From Polyangiaceae bacterium (GTDB taxonomy: Bacteria; Myxococcota_A; Polyangia; Polyangiales; Polyangiaceae): 64,000 nucleotides of DNA. Below, piece by piece: positions 1-9,789 of this stretch. The first letter of the stretch is position 1. Each line of letters starts with the position of its first letter. Below the pieces are notes generated by a model. That model was not told where the DNA came from. It saw nothing but the letters and a program-made list of their open reading frames with translations, and ran no database searches. The stretch lies in NCBI GenBank assembly GCA_965222375.1, contig CBDCTZ010000011.1, positions 256,001-320,000 on the forward strand. Direction: 5' to 3'. The translations under genes were made by a program, and so were the position numbers.

Positions 1-262
1 AGGAGCTCTTGCCGACGAAGTTCACGCTCGCCACGCAGCACAACACATCGCCAATGCTCACCTTGCTCATGAAGGTCATCGAATCCATGGCCACGGTCAC
101 GCAAGGTCGCTGTGCGTGGCGCATGGCGGCGATGCCACCGGCCTCGTCCACCATCTTCATGATCTCGCCACCGTGCACGTTGCCGTGGGCGTTGGCGTGT
201 TCTGGCAGCATCAGTTGGTGAAGCTGCACTCGGCATTGAGATGGCGTTTTCGCTGCGGTCAT
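1..262 (-). CDS. Acyl-CoA thioesterase (hotdog fold, YciA-like); runs off the window edge, C-terminus missing
   Basis: Manual translation of the minus strand from ATG 262: MTAAKTPSQCRVQLHQLMLPEHANAHGNVHGGEIMKMVDEAGGIAAMRHAQRPCVTVAMD. The N-x-x-G-x-VHGG...D signature is typical of this family. Confidence 0.85.
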   Translation of the reverse strand, partial: MTAAKTPSQCRVQLHQLMLPEHANAHGNVHGGEIMKMVDEAGGIAAMRHAQRPCVTVAMDSMTFMSKVSIGDVLCCVASVNFVGKSS

Positions 263-429
263 GTTGCTCTGGAGGCTAACTCGAAACTACGAGTCTAGGC
301 TGCCGCGCAAAACCCGCGCATGCGGCGCGAGGGCCGACGAGGCCTAGGTCGCTTGGTCTTTTCAGCGCCATTCGCCAAAAGTGCCGCGACTGGCGCGGTC
401 ATGTACAATCCGCGCAAAGTCAGCCCCAG

Positions 430-2106
430 ATGGACCTGCTCTACTTCGTCATCTTGGTGAGCTCCCTCATCTTCGTACATGAGTTGGGCCACTTTGCCGT
501 CGCCAAAGCCTTTGGCGTGAAGGTGATCACCTTCAGTCTCGGGTTTGGACCGAAGGTGCTTCGGCTGCGGGGGAGAGAGACCGAGTACTGCATCAGCCTG
601 TTGCCTCTCGGTGGCTACGTGAAGATGTTGGAGGCTTCGAAAACCGACATCGTCTTGCCGGAAGATCGCCATCGGACTTTCGAGTCTCTGCCAGTGTACA
701 AGCGCATCTTGGTCGTGCTTGCAGGGCCGCTGATGAATCTCGTATTCCCGGTGCTGCTGTACTTTTCCGTGTTCATGACGGATGGACCGTTTCTGCCGCC
801 CACGGTGGGAGTGGTGCTGCCGAACCATCCGGCAGATGGTCAGCTGTTCCCCGGGGACCGGATCATGGCGGTCAACGGCAAGGAAGTCGGTACCTTCGAC
901 GAACTCAAGCGCATCGTTGCCAAGAGCCCAGGCAAACCGGTGCGCTTCAAGGTGTTTCGTGACAACAAGCACCTAGAGGTCGAAGTCACTGCCGAAGAAA
1001 CCGTCGAGCGGCGGGAGCTCGACGTCGTCGAGCGGGTGGGCACCGTCGGCATTCAGCCCAGCGCGCCCGCGGCCGTCATCGGCATTGCGGACACGGATTC
1101 TCCGGCCTACCGCGCTGGGCTTCGCACCTTCGATGTGATCACCCATGTCGCGGGCCAGCCTGTCCGTCGATACATGGATTTGGCACAATCCCTGCGGGAA
1201 AACCGCGGGGAAACCGTGCCCGTAACCTACCTTCGCCCAGACATCATGTCCGACGCCTTGGGTGGGCTGGCAGACTTTGGTGTGTATCAAACCGGCGTGG
1301 TCGCGTTGACCCCGGACCCGCGAGGCACGGACTTCACTTCCCGCACCGGCATAGAGCTGGCGGACCTGTATGCCGCTATCGTGCCCGAGGACAGCTATCT
1401 GTACAAAGCGGGTTTGCGCCCGGGCGACAAGTTGTTGCGCTTGGATGACGAAGCCATCCCGGCTTGGTCGACGTTTCGCGAGAAGGTGCTGTCTGCTCCG
1501 GATCGCCCACACCGAATCGACTACTTCGCGGCTCGGGACGGACGAGTTCGCTCCGGTACTTTTCAGATGCGGCGTGAGGACATTCGGGACGAACATGGTC
1601 AGACTTTCGCCAAGTACGTCTTGCGGGTGCAGCATTGGATCCCGCTCGCACCCGAGGACCGCGTCGAGCACCCGACGCCGTTGCGCTACGCTCTCGCCAA
1701 AGCGGTGGAGGAGACCAAGGATGTCACCCGTTTCGTCCTGTTGAGCATGGTGCGACTGGCGCAAGGGCGCATCAGTCTGAAGTCTCTCTCGGGGCCCATC
1801 ACCATCTACGAGGTGGCTGGTGACGAGGGGCGTAAGGGGCCGGACTACTTCGTCTGGGTGATGGCGCTCATCAGCATCAACCTGGGGCTCTTGAACCTGC
1901 TGCCCATTCCCGTGCTGGATGGTGGACACTTGATGTTCTTCCTCTTGGAAGGTGTGATGCGGCGGCCGCTCCCGCTGCGGGTGCGGGAGGTCGCTCACAT
2001 CGTTGGCATGGCTATTTTGCTCGGCTTGATGGCGCTTGCCTTCAAGAATGACGTCGAGCGGCGCTGGGACGTGATCGTGGGTCAGTTCAAAGAGCTCATT
2101 GGGTGA
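430..2106 (+). CDS. rseP: RIP (site-2) metalloprotease RseP with multiple PDZ domains
   Basis: HELGH zinc motif, FSLGFGP, PLGGYV, GPLMN, PDZ-like repeats (PGDRI, AGLRTFD, AGLRPGD) and NLLPIPVLDGG. Confidence 0.95.
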   Translation: MDLLYFVILVSSLIFVHELGHFAVAKAFGVKVITFSLGFGPKVLRLRGRETEYCISLLPLGGYVKMLEASKTDIVLPEDRHRTFESLPVYKRILVVLAGPLMNLVFPVLLYFSVFMTDGPFLPPTVGVVLPNHPADGQLFPGDRIMAVNGKEVGTFDELKRIVAKSPGKPVRFKVFRDNKHLEVEVTAEETVERRELDVVERVGTVGIQPSAPAAVIGIADTDSPAYRAGLRTFDVITHVAGQPVRRYMDLAQSLRENRGETVPVTYLRPDIMSDALGGLADFGVYQTGVVALTPDPRGTDFTSRTGIELADLYAAIVPEDSYLYKAGLRPGDKLLRLDDEAIPAWSTFREKVLSAPDRPHRIDYFAARDGRVRSGTFQMRREDIRDEHGQTFAKYVLRVQHWIPLAPEDRVEHPTPLRYALAKAVEETKDVTRFVLLSMVRLAQGRISLKSLSGPITIYEVAGDEGRKGPDYFVWVMALISINLGLLNLLPIPVLDGGHLMFFLLEGVMRRPLPLRVREVAHIVGMAILLGLMALAFKNDVERRWDVIVGQFKELIG

Positions 2107-3413
2107 AGCCGCAGCGCAAATCGGGGCGAGCACCCACGGCTCGCAGGGTGGCCGCGACGGTGCTGCTCCGCGTGGAGAAGGATTCCGCGTACGCCGCGGC
2201 TGCGTTGGATGCCGAGCTTTTACGGGCAGCACAACTCGGGCCCCGGGATCGCGGGCTGTGCACCGAGATCGTGTACGGCGTGCTGCGGACCCGTGGCGCC
2301 CTCGAGGCTGAACTCGAAAAGTTCGTCAGCACCGGGCTGAAGCATACCGATCCTTCGACGCGGATTCATCTGCTGGTCGGCGCTTATCAGATCCTCTTTC
2401 TCGACCGTGTGCCGACTCACGCGGCGGTAGACGCCGCGGTCACCGAGGTGCGGGGGCATCGCGGGCCGAAAGTGGCCGGCTTCGTCAACGCCGTGCTCCG
2501 CAAACTGGGCTCCGCGGAAACAAAATTGCGTTTGGGGGAAGCAATTGTCGCCGCAGCTCCATCTTGGCTGTGGCAGCGCTTGGTCGATGCCGTCGGCAAG
2601 GGCGAAGCGGCGGCTCTACTCGGCGTCGCGGGCAGTCCGCCTACAGCCAGTCTGCGCCTTCTGCGCGGCCGACCCGTGCCGGAGTGGATCGCAGAGCTTG
2701 CCGCAAGCCCACTGAGTGGACATGCGCGGCGAGTGCAGGGCGCCGGGGATTTGCGTGCCAAGAGTGGCTACGACGAAGGTGCCTACGTGATCCAAGAGGA
2801 GGGCGCGCAGATCGTGGGCCTCAGCCTGGGCGCCCAGCCCGGTGACCGAGTGCTCGATGCCTGTGCGGGGCGGGGGCAAAAGACCAGTCTGCTAGCTGAG
2901 CAAGTGGGGCCGGAGGGGGAGCTGTGGGCCGCGGATTTGCACCCTCACAAGCTGCGAGCTTTGTCGGAGGAGTTTTCGCGCCTGGGGCTGACCCAGCCCA
3001 AGGCTGTTGCCGTGGACTGGACCCGCGGTAGCGGGCGCGTGCCCGAGGACTACTTCGACCGCGTGCTCGTCGATGCGCCGTGCACGGGCACGGGAACCCT
3101 GCGCCGGCGGCCCGAGATCGCATCCCGGCTGAGCCCCGTGGACCCTGCGCGACTTGCGGAGCTGGCGGAGCAGATCCTGCGTCGCGCTGCTACCCGAGCG
3201 AAGCCAGGCGGGAGGGTCGTGTTCGCGGTTTGCAGTGTCTTGCCCGAAGAAGGTCAGCAAATGTCGGCGCGCGTGGATGACATTCTGCGGCCAGAGCCCT
3301 TCGACTCTGCGGACGCGCAAAGCGTTGCCGGGAGTGACGCGTCGGCCATGCATCTTCTTCCCGAGCGCCACGGCACCGAAGGCTACTTCATAGCTAGCTT
3401 TCGCAGGCGTTGA
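2103..3413 (+). CDS. rsmB: 16S rRNA m5C methyltransferase RsmB/Sun (NusB-like N-domain plus SAM domain)
   Basis: NusB-like N-terminus (GAYQILFLDRVP.HAAV, GFVNAVLR); VLDACAGRGQKT, DRVLVDAPCTGTG, AVCS. Confidence 0.9.
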   Translation: MKPQRKSGRAPTARRVAATVLLRVEKDSAYAAAALDAELLRAAQLGPRDRGLCTEIVYGVLRTRGALEAELEKFVSTGLKHTDPSTRIHLLVGAYQILFLDRVPTHAAVDAAVTEVRGHRGPKVAGFVNAVLRKLGSAETKLRLGEAIVAAAPSWLWQRLVDAVGKGEAAALLGVAGSPPTASLRLLRGRPVPEWIAELAASPLSGHARRVQGAGDLRAKSGYDEGAYVIQEEGAQIVGLSLGAQPGDRVLDACAGRGQKTSLLAEQVGPEGELWAADLHPHKLRALSEEFSRLGLTQPKAVAVDWTRGSGRVPEDYFDRVLVDAPCTGTGTLRRRPEIASRLSPVDPARLAELAEQILRRAATRAKPGGRVVFAVCSVLPEEGQQMSARVDDILRPEPFDSADAQSVAGSDASAMHLLPERHGTEGYFIASFRRR

Positions 3414-3495
3414 GCCAACGGTTGTGCGACGAGCCGATCCTCGGCGGGGGCGGGCATGTCTTGCGTTTCCTGCAAAAGCAGCAAATAGTCGACGC

Positions 3496-4389
3496 ATGGC
3501 ACAACTGCAGCTGCGCGGAGCAATGACCGCGGTCGTGACGCCCTTCAAAGACGACGTCACCCAAGTGGATTGGGAGGCATTTGAGAAGCTGATTGCGGCT
3601 CAGCTGGACGGCAAGATCAACGGACTGGTGCCCTGCGGCACCACCGGGGAAACACCGACCCTGAGCGATGCAGAACAGCGCGAAGTGATTCAGCGCACCG
3701 CCAAGCTCGCGAAGGGCAAGGTGCCGATCGTCGCGGGCACGGGCAGCAACGATACCAAGAAGAGCATCACGGCATCCAAGGCGGCCCTCGAAGCCGGCGC
3801 TGACGCTGTGATGATCGTGATGCCGTACTACAACAAGCCTTCTCAGGAGGGCATGTATCAGCATGTCACGCAGATCGCGTCGGCGGTCGGCTGCCCGATC
3901 ATTCTGTACAACATTCCGGGTCGCAGTGGTGTCGAGCTCTCTGCGGACACGACCCTGCGCATTCTCGATGCAGCTGACAACGTCATCTCCGTGAAGGACG
4001 CCACCGGCAACGTCGCCTACTGCCAGGAAGTCCTTCGTCGCGCCGGGGATCGCATTCAGCTCATGAGCGGCGACGACCCGATGACGCTGCCGATGCTATC
4101 GGTGGGGGTGAAGGGCATCATCAGCGTCACAGGTAACATCTACCCCCGGCAGGTCACGGAGGTCGTCGAACTCGTCGAGGCAGGGCGTTGGGAAGACGCG
4201 CGAAAGAAGCACCTGGCGCTATATCCGGTGCACAAGGTGTTGTTCGTCGAGCCCAACCCGCAGCCGACCAAAGCGGCGCTTGCCGCTCGCGGCGTGATGC
4301 GTCCGGGCGTCCGGCTGCCTTTGGTCGAGGCTAGCGCTGCCACCAAAGAGTTGGTGATGAAGGTCATCGCAGAGTACGAGGCTTCGTGA
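3496..4389 (+). CDS. dapA: 4-hydroxy-tetrahydrodipicolinate synthase
   Basis: GTTGE, AGTGSN, PYYNKP, LYNIPGR, VKDA, SGDD and EPNP motifs. Start placed at ATG 3496. Confidence 0.95.
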   Translation: MAQLQLRGAMTAVVTPFKDDVTQVDWEAFEKLIAAQLDGKINGLVPCGTTGETPTLSDAEQREVIQRTAKLAKGKVPIVAGTGSNDTKKSITASKAALEAGADAVMIVMPYYNKPSQEGMYQHVTQIASAVGCPIILYNIPGRSGVELSADTTLRILDAADNVISVKDATGNVAYCQEVLRRAGDRIQLMSGDDPMTLPMLSVGVKGIISVTGNIYPRQVTEVVELVEAGRWEDARKKHLALYPVHKVLFVEPNPQPTKAALAARGVMRPGVRLPLVEASAATKELVMKVIAEYEAS

Positions 4390-5171
4390 GGTTCGCCCTG
4401 CACGGCGCTACGGGGCGCATGGGGCTGGCGGTGACGCGCCTGGTCCATGCGGCCGAGGACATCGAGATTGTCGGAGCCGTCTGCTCCAGTGTGGATCCCA
4501 ATCAGGGTCAGGACATCGGAGAGCTAGCGGGCATTGGGACGCTCGGCGTGGAAGCCACGGCAGATCTCGGCGCGGGCCTCTTGGGTGCCGATGTCGTGAT
4601 CGATTTTTCCACCGCGTCAGCGGTGCCTGGACTCATGGCCGTGGCGGCTCGCAACAAGGTCGCGGTCGTCAGCGGCACGACCAATCTGGACGCCGCGGGC
4701 AAGCAGGCCTTGGACAAGGCGGCGGAAGCCGTGCCGGTATTGTGGGCACCCAATACGAGTTTGGGCGTTCAAGTTCTGGCTGAGGTGGTGGAGCATGCCC
4801 TGAAGCGCCTCGGAGCCGACTACGACGTCGAAATCGTCGAGATCCATCATCGCCGCAAAGTGGACGCGCCCAGTGGCACGGCGAAGCGGCTCGCCGATGC
4901 AGCCCGATCCGTCCGCGCACAATTGCAGGATGTTTCCGGTCGGGAAGGTGAGGTTGGCGCGCGTACCCAGGACGAAATGGGCGTGTTTGGCGTTCGTGGG
5001 GGCGATGTAGTTGGCGACCATACTGTGTATCTGTTGGGGCCCGCGGAGCGCATCGAGCTGACGCACCGGGCTTCTAGCCGGGAGTTGTTTGCCCACGGAG
5101 CCGTACGCGCAGCACGATTCCTTGTCGGTCAAAAACCAAGGCGCTACTCTATTGCTGACGTACTCGGGTGA
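4386..5171 (+). CDS. dapB: 4-hydroxy-tetrahydrodipicolinate reductase
   Basis: GATGRMG, IDFS, SGTT, EIHHRRKVDAPSGTA, RGGDVVGDH; overlaps the dapA stop (GTGA). Confidence 0.95.
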   Translation: MRFALHGATGRMGLAVTRLVHAAEDIEIVGAVCSSVDPNQGQDIGELAGIGTLGVEATADLGAGLLGADVVIDFSTASAVPGLMAVAARNKVAVVSGTTNLDAAGKQALDKAAEAVPVLWAPNTSLGVQVLAEVVEHALKRLGADYDVEIVEIHHRRKVDAPSGTAKRLADAARSVRAQLQDVSGREGEVGARTQDEMGVFGVRGGDVVGDHTVYLLGPAERIELTHRASSRELFAHGAVRAARFLVGQKPRRYSIADVLG

Positions 5172-6202
5172 GGCATCTACCTACATACGCGTTGTTTGGA
5201 GCGAGCTTGGTCCTGGCGTTGGGCGCGCAAGCCTGCGGTCCGTCCGCGCCGCCGCCGAGTCACGCTCCGCCAGTGGCTCGAGTGCCCGCAGCTCCCGCTG
5301 GGGCCGCCGCCGAGTCCAGCGAGCAGAGCCTCAGCCAAAGCATCGCCCAAGCTGAAGAAGAGGCGAAGCGAGCTGGATGGCTGAAGAAAGAGATCGTCGA
5401 GATCCCGGAGCCACCTGCTGCGATCATTCTCTACGAGCCCGTGCCTGAGCAGGCTCCGGCCACGCTCATAGCCCGCTTCGATGCCGTGAGCGCTGCGGGA
5501 TCCGACGTAGTGAGCGGTGAGAGCGGGATGATCGACGTGCTCAAGACTCGGCAAGGGGCGCTGCTCTGGGATTTGCGGGGGGATGGCTCCCGCCATGTCG
5601 TGCTGCACCTCACGCCCTGTGGCGCCAACTGCGGCCAAGCGCAGCCCCGGGTTCTAGAGCTCACGCAGAGTGGATTCGTCAACGCCAAGACAGCACCGGA
5701 ATGTCCCACTTGCGTCACGGATGTGGATCGTGACCGCGTCCCCGAATTCGCCTATCGGATGTTTGCGCTCAAGGTCGCGCCATGTGCGCGCTCATCCTGT
5801 GGACCCAGCTACGCCCTCGAGGTAGCCGTGCAGGGCGTCGAGTCCTGGGAGGGTGGTCGCTACGAGCGCGGCCTTCGGGATTTCATCCCGCTCTACTTCG
5901 ACCGACTACGAAAAGCGAAGCGCGACGCGAAGCGCGTCCGCCGTGCCAAGAACAAATCGGAGATCTGTCCCCTGAACGCTCTTCGGGTGGCGGCGGAGTC
6001 CTACGTGTATGGGCGGTTGATCGGCGAAAAAGAGCCGAACGCGCTCAAGGCGGCGGACAAGATCATGGCCGGCTACACCATGGCGCCCTGCGCTCGCGAA
6101 TACGACTTGTTGGCGCCGCCCCGGACCTGGGGCGAGATCCGTGAAGAACTCACGAAGGCTTCGCTGCCCAAGCTCGACCGTCGGCGTCAGCCCCAGAAGT
6201 AG
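5168..6202 (+). CDS. Hypothetical lipoprotein with several Cys pairs
   Basis: Lipobox-like LGAQAC; coupled to dapB by a GTGA overlap; no recognised domain. Confidence 0.7.
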   Translation: MRHLPTYALFGASLVLALGAQACGPSAPPPSHAPPVARVPAAPAGAAAESSEQSLSQSIAQAEEEAKRAGWLKKEIVEIPEPPAAIILYEPVPEQAPATLIARFDAVSAAGSDVVSGESGMIDVLKTRQGALLWDLRGDGSRHVVLHLTPCGANCGQAQPRVLELTQSGFVNAKTAPECPTCVTDVDRDRVPEFAYRMFALKVAPCARSSCGPSYALEVAVQGVESWEGGRYERGLRDFIPLYFDRLRKAKRDAKRVRRAKNKSEICPLNALRVAAESYVYGRLIGEKEPNALKAADKIMAGYTMAPCAREYDLLAPPRTWGEIREELTKASLPKLDRRRQPQK

Positions 6203-6234
6203 CAGGCCTGCCGAGGCCGGTGCCGCCGAATAGC

Positions 6235-7461
6235 TCAGCGCTTGTCGTCGTCTTCGTCGGATGACTCGTTGCTGTCATCGTCGTCGTCGGATGAGTCGTC
6301 GCCGCTGTCCTCGGGTGACTTGTCGTCGTCGTCCCCGCCGCTCTTCTTGGCGGACTCGTCCTCGTCCTCGTCGTCGTCCTCGTCCTCGTCGTCAGGAGGC
6401 GGGGGAGGCTTCGCCTTGGCGGTCTTGCGCTTCTTCTTGGCCTTGCTCTTCTTCTTCAAGCGCTTCTTGGCCTTCTTGGCCGGTTTCCGCGGCGCCCCGT
6501 CCTCGTCCTCGTCGTCGTCGTCGTCCTCGTCCTCGTCGCCGGCTAACGCGGCGTCGACGTCGTCTTCGAGGCGATCGACGGCGTCCAGATCATCATCTTC
6601 ATCCTCGTCGTCATCCTCGTCCTCGTCGTCGTCGCGATAGCGCGCGCCGGCGGCTTCCCAGCCCACGGGCAGCTTGCGCTGGAAGCTCCACCAAAGACCG
6701 TACGCGCCCAACAGCGCCCCAGGAATGCTGAGGTATTGCCCCATGGTCAGGGCGCTCGTCGTTTCCAGGGTCTGGTGCTCTTTGAAGTACTCGACGACAA
6801 AGCGACCCGGAAAGTAGAGCATGAAGAACATGCTGATCAGGGCGCCCCGAGGCCGCTTCTCTTTCCCGAGTTTCTTGTCCCAGAGGTACAGCCCCAACAG
6901 AACCAACAACCCAAGGGCTGTTTCATACAGCTGACTTGGGTGACGCAGCGGCGCCTCCGGGACGCCGCGGTCGTAGCGAGGGAAACGAACGCCCCAAGAC
7001 TGGTCCGTGAGCCGTCCCACGATCTCCGAGTTGAAGAAGTTGCCAACTCGCACGAGGGTGGCCCCCAGCGCCGCTGAAAACGCAAAGCGATCCGAGCCCT
7101 CCAGGAACGGAATGCCCCGTCGCTTGGTGAACAGGTACATGGCCAGGATGAGCCCAATCACTGCTCCGTGACTTGCGAGCCCACCCTCCCAAATGCGGAA
7201 GACCCACAAGGGATCTTTCAGCGCCTTGTCGAGGTCATAGAAGAGCACATGCCCCAGGCGTGAGCCGACCAAGACGCCGAGTACGCCGTAGACGATGAAG
7301 TCCCCAGCGTCTTCTTCGTCGCCACCGCCCCGCTTGATCTGCCAGTTGAGTAGCGAGTAGCCACCCAGAAACACCATGACGAACAGCAAGCTGTAGTAGC
7401 GAAGCGCAACGGGTCCGATACGAAAGAAGATCGGATCAATGTCCCAAGTAAACGTCGGCAC
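6235..7461 (-). CDS. lgt: Prolipoprotein diacylglyceryl transferase with a long acidic/basic low-complexity C-terminal tail
   Basis: GSRLGHVLFY, WEGGLASHG, RVGNFFNSEIVG, HPSQLYE, RFVVEYFK, MGQYLS. Confidence 0.93.
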   Translation of the reverse strand: MPTFTWDIDPIFFRIGPVALRYYSLLFVMVFLGGYSLLNWQIKRGGGDEEDAGDFIVYGVLGVLVGSRLGHVLFYDLDKALKDPLWVFRIWEGGLASHGAVIGLILAMYLFTKRRGIPFLEGSDRFAFSAALGATLVRVGNFFNSEIVGRLTDQSWGVRFPRYDRGVPEAPLRHPSQLYETALGLLVLLGLYLWDKKLGKEKRPRGALISMFFMLYFPGRFVVEYFKEHQTLETTSALTMGQYLSIPGALLGAYGLWWSFQRKLPVGWEAAGARYRDDDEDEDDDEDEDDDLDAVDRLEDDVDAALAGDEDEDDDDDEDEDGAPRKPAKKAKKRLKKKSKAKKKRKTAKAKPPPPPDDEDEDDDEDEDESAKKSGGDDDDKSPEDSGDDSSDDDDDSNESSDEDDDKR

Positions 7462-7503
7462 GGGGGTGAGGTCTCCAGGAGGGGGTCGAAAACGAAACGC
7501 CTT

Positions 7504-9783
7504 CTACCGCGATTTCGGATTGCTCGCGAGTCCGATGCGGACTGTCCGGTGGACCACCGTCGTGTCGCCCCACTGTGAGGCTACGGCCCAATCCGGCCTG
7601 GCCGCGGGTGGGGTTTTCCCTGCGAAACCGGCCGTGTGGTCGGCCAACTGCATCTCGAACGCCTCGGAGACAACCACCAGGTCGAGCACGACAGGCTGTT
7701 CCGGTGGCGAGGCGACCACCAGCTGGCGCCCAGCCGTCGTGCCCCGCAAGCTGGCGCGGACGCCGTTGACGTGGACGCTTTCCACTTGCTGCCCCGCAAA
7801 GCCGACCGACAGGGCGTGCGCGCCGCGCCGAGATCGCAGCGCGATGCGCAGCCGGGCGCGGCCCAATGCCAAGGGTGATGCTTCGAGCAGGGACCATTCG
7901 GGAGCCGGCAGGGAGAGGGGAGCTGCAGGCGCCGTTCTGCAAGCGCCGGCTCTGCCGAAGAACGCAAGCCCCGACGGGACTTTGTGCGGCGACAGACCAA
8001 AGGCCTGGGCCCAATCAGCTCTCGGCTCACCGAAGCTGTTGACGAGCCAACGGGTCTCTTGGGTGTCGGCGTTCACGTCCAAAGCGAGGTTCATGCGCTG
8101 TCGTCGTTCGGAGTCGTAGTCATCCGCCAGGGCGAAGCTCGTCGCGCCGACGGCACTTGCGCCCCAGAGGGTCGCCGCGCCAAGAGCGCGCAGGCGTCTC
8201 GACTTGCGGCTCTGCGCAAGGTGCAGCGCGGCGGCCAAGGGAGTCAGGGCGATCGCGCACACCATTGTCAGGAGCAGCGGTGACGCGAGGCCGATGGCAT
8301 CGCCCAGCAAGTAGAGCAGCGGCGCCCAGAGTGCGATCGCCGTAAGCGTGAACGCGCAGGTCGCAGCGCGACGGGCAGACTCGGACTTGCCGAACTGGGT
8401 CGCGATGGCCGCCACCACTGCGGGGACCAGGAACAAGAAAGTCGCTTCTGGGACCAAGAACGCCGTCAGGTTCGCGCCCAAGACCCACAGCACCGCCGTG
8501 CCGAGCAGCTTGCCCGGACCCGACACGCCGGCGTTGATCAGCGATGCCGTGTGAGTGGCTGCAAAGGCCAAGAGAAACGTGGCGGCGTAGGCCAAGGCTT
8601 GCCCGGCCACGAAAGGGCCACTGGCTGCGCCGGCGCGAGCCCACGCAAACTGCATCACCACGCCGCCAATGCCTGCTAGGACCAGCCCGAGCAGGCTGCT
8701 GAACGCTCCCTGGCCGACGGTGGCCAGAGTCAGTTGACCACGCCGGCGTCTGTGAAAGAGCGCGATGGCGAGTACCATGGCGCTGACTATCGCGACGACC
8801 CGTGCCGCCAGCGTCGAGAAGCGAAAAATGCGAAACCCCAGAACGTCGAAGAAGACGCCGAGTTCAGACGCCGACGGAAGAGGCTCGGTTCGGAGTAGCG
8901 CGCGCGTCGCCGCGAGCACGCTCTCTCCCTGATGCTGCACGCTCGCAGCGCTGAGGTTGTCGTGGCTATCCCCGGTGGTGTGGTAGTGGTCGACGCGGCC
9001 GATGAAGCCAAAGCCCAGGCCCGGTACGCCGCCCCGGCGCAGAGCTGTGAGATCCGTGTCGTTGGGAAGCTTGCGATACACCAGTGGGAACAAAGAGCTA
9101 GTGAAGGGTCGTTCCAGCGCCGGCGCGACCCGCTGGAGCAATGCTGTGTCGGCCTCGGATACGTCGAAGAGCAGGCTCGGTCCGGAGCTGCCGCGAGCTT
9201 CCACGTTGATGGCAACCCGGGTGATGTCGTCCTGGGGCAGCTTGCGGGCAAAAAGCTCAGCCCCCAACAGCCCCAACTCCTCACCATCCGTGAACAACAG
9301 GGTTGTCGGATGGGTCAGCAGCGCACTCTGCAGCAAGCGTTTCACTTCCAGGAGAATGCCCACGCCGGACCCGTCGTCGCCGGCCCCCGCACCGGCAGCG
9401 ACGGAGTCGTAGTGCGCTACCAGGAGGATCTCACGACTCGGATCCACCCCGGGTAGCCGCACAATCACGTTTTCGACAAGCGCGCAGCTACCGTGACGAC
9501 CGCAGGACATGCCGCGCTGGATTTCCGGAGCGGGCTCGCCCAGCTCCTGCACGAGGCGCTTTCGCACGGCCTGATTGGCGGTCGACGCCACCATATGGGG
9601 CTCGTGCCCAACTACACGGATGCTGGCGTCCAGCGCTCGCCTGGCTTCAAAGGAGTCACCGCCAGCGGCACTGGGAGAAGGCGGGGTCAGTCGCCAAAAC
9701 GCAACGGCTACGGCGAGGCAAGCGACGCCGGCCGCGTACACCCAGGTCAGCCAGGGTCGGGGTGGCGCGGGTCGAGCTTCCAC
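7504..9783 (-). CDS. M28-family multi-pass membrane metallopeptidase (ERMP1/Pff1-like)
   Basis: AHYDSV, GAGDDGSG, TDGEELGLLGA, NVEARG, PNDTD and YHT..D, followed by about 8 hydrophobic helices. Confidence 0.9.
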   Translation of the reverse strand: MEARPAPPRPWLTWVYAAGVACLAVAVAFWRLTPPSPSAAGGDSFEARRALDASIRVVGHEPHMVASTANQAVRKRLVQELGEPAPEIQRGMSCGRHGSCALVENVIVRLPGVDPSREILLVAHYDSVAAGAGAGDDGSGVGILLEVKRLLQSALLTHPTTLLFTDGEELGLLGAELFARKLPQDDITRVAINVEARGSSGPSLLFDVSEADTALLQRVAPALERPFTSSLFPLVYRKLPNDTDLTALRRGGVPGLGFGFIGRVDHYHTTGDSHDNLSAASVQHQGESVLAATRALLRTEPLPSASELGVFFDVLGFRIFRFSTLAARVVAIVSAMVLAIALFHRRRRGQLTLATVGQGAFSSLLGLVLAGIGGVVMQFAWARAGAASGPFVAGQALAYAATFLLAFAATHTASLINAGVSGPGKLLGTAVLWVLGANLTAFLVPEATFLFLVPAVVAAIATQFGKSESARRAATCAFTLTAIALWAPLLYLLGDAIGLASPLLLTMVCAIALTPLAAALHLAQSRKSRRLRALGAATLWGASAVGATSFALADDYDSERRQRMNLALDVNADTQETRWLVNSFGEPRADWAQAFGLSPHKVPSGLAFFGRAGACRTAPAAPLSLPAPEWSLLEASPLALGRARLRIALRSRRGAHALSVGFAGQQVESVHVNGVRASLRGTTAGRQLVVASPPEQPVVLDLVVVSEAFEMQLADHTAGFAGKTPPAARPDWAVASQWGDTTVVHRTVRIGLASNPKSR

Positions 9784-9789
9784 GCCGCC

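Noticed and set aside
6242..6640. Poly-Ser ORF or microsatellite on the + strand
   Set aside because: It is the reverse complement of the GAC/GAG codon runs in the Lgt acidic tail.
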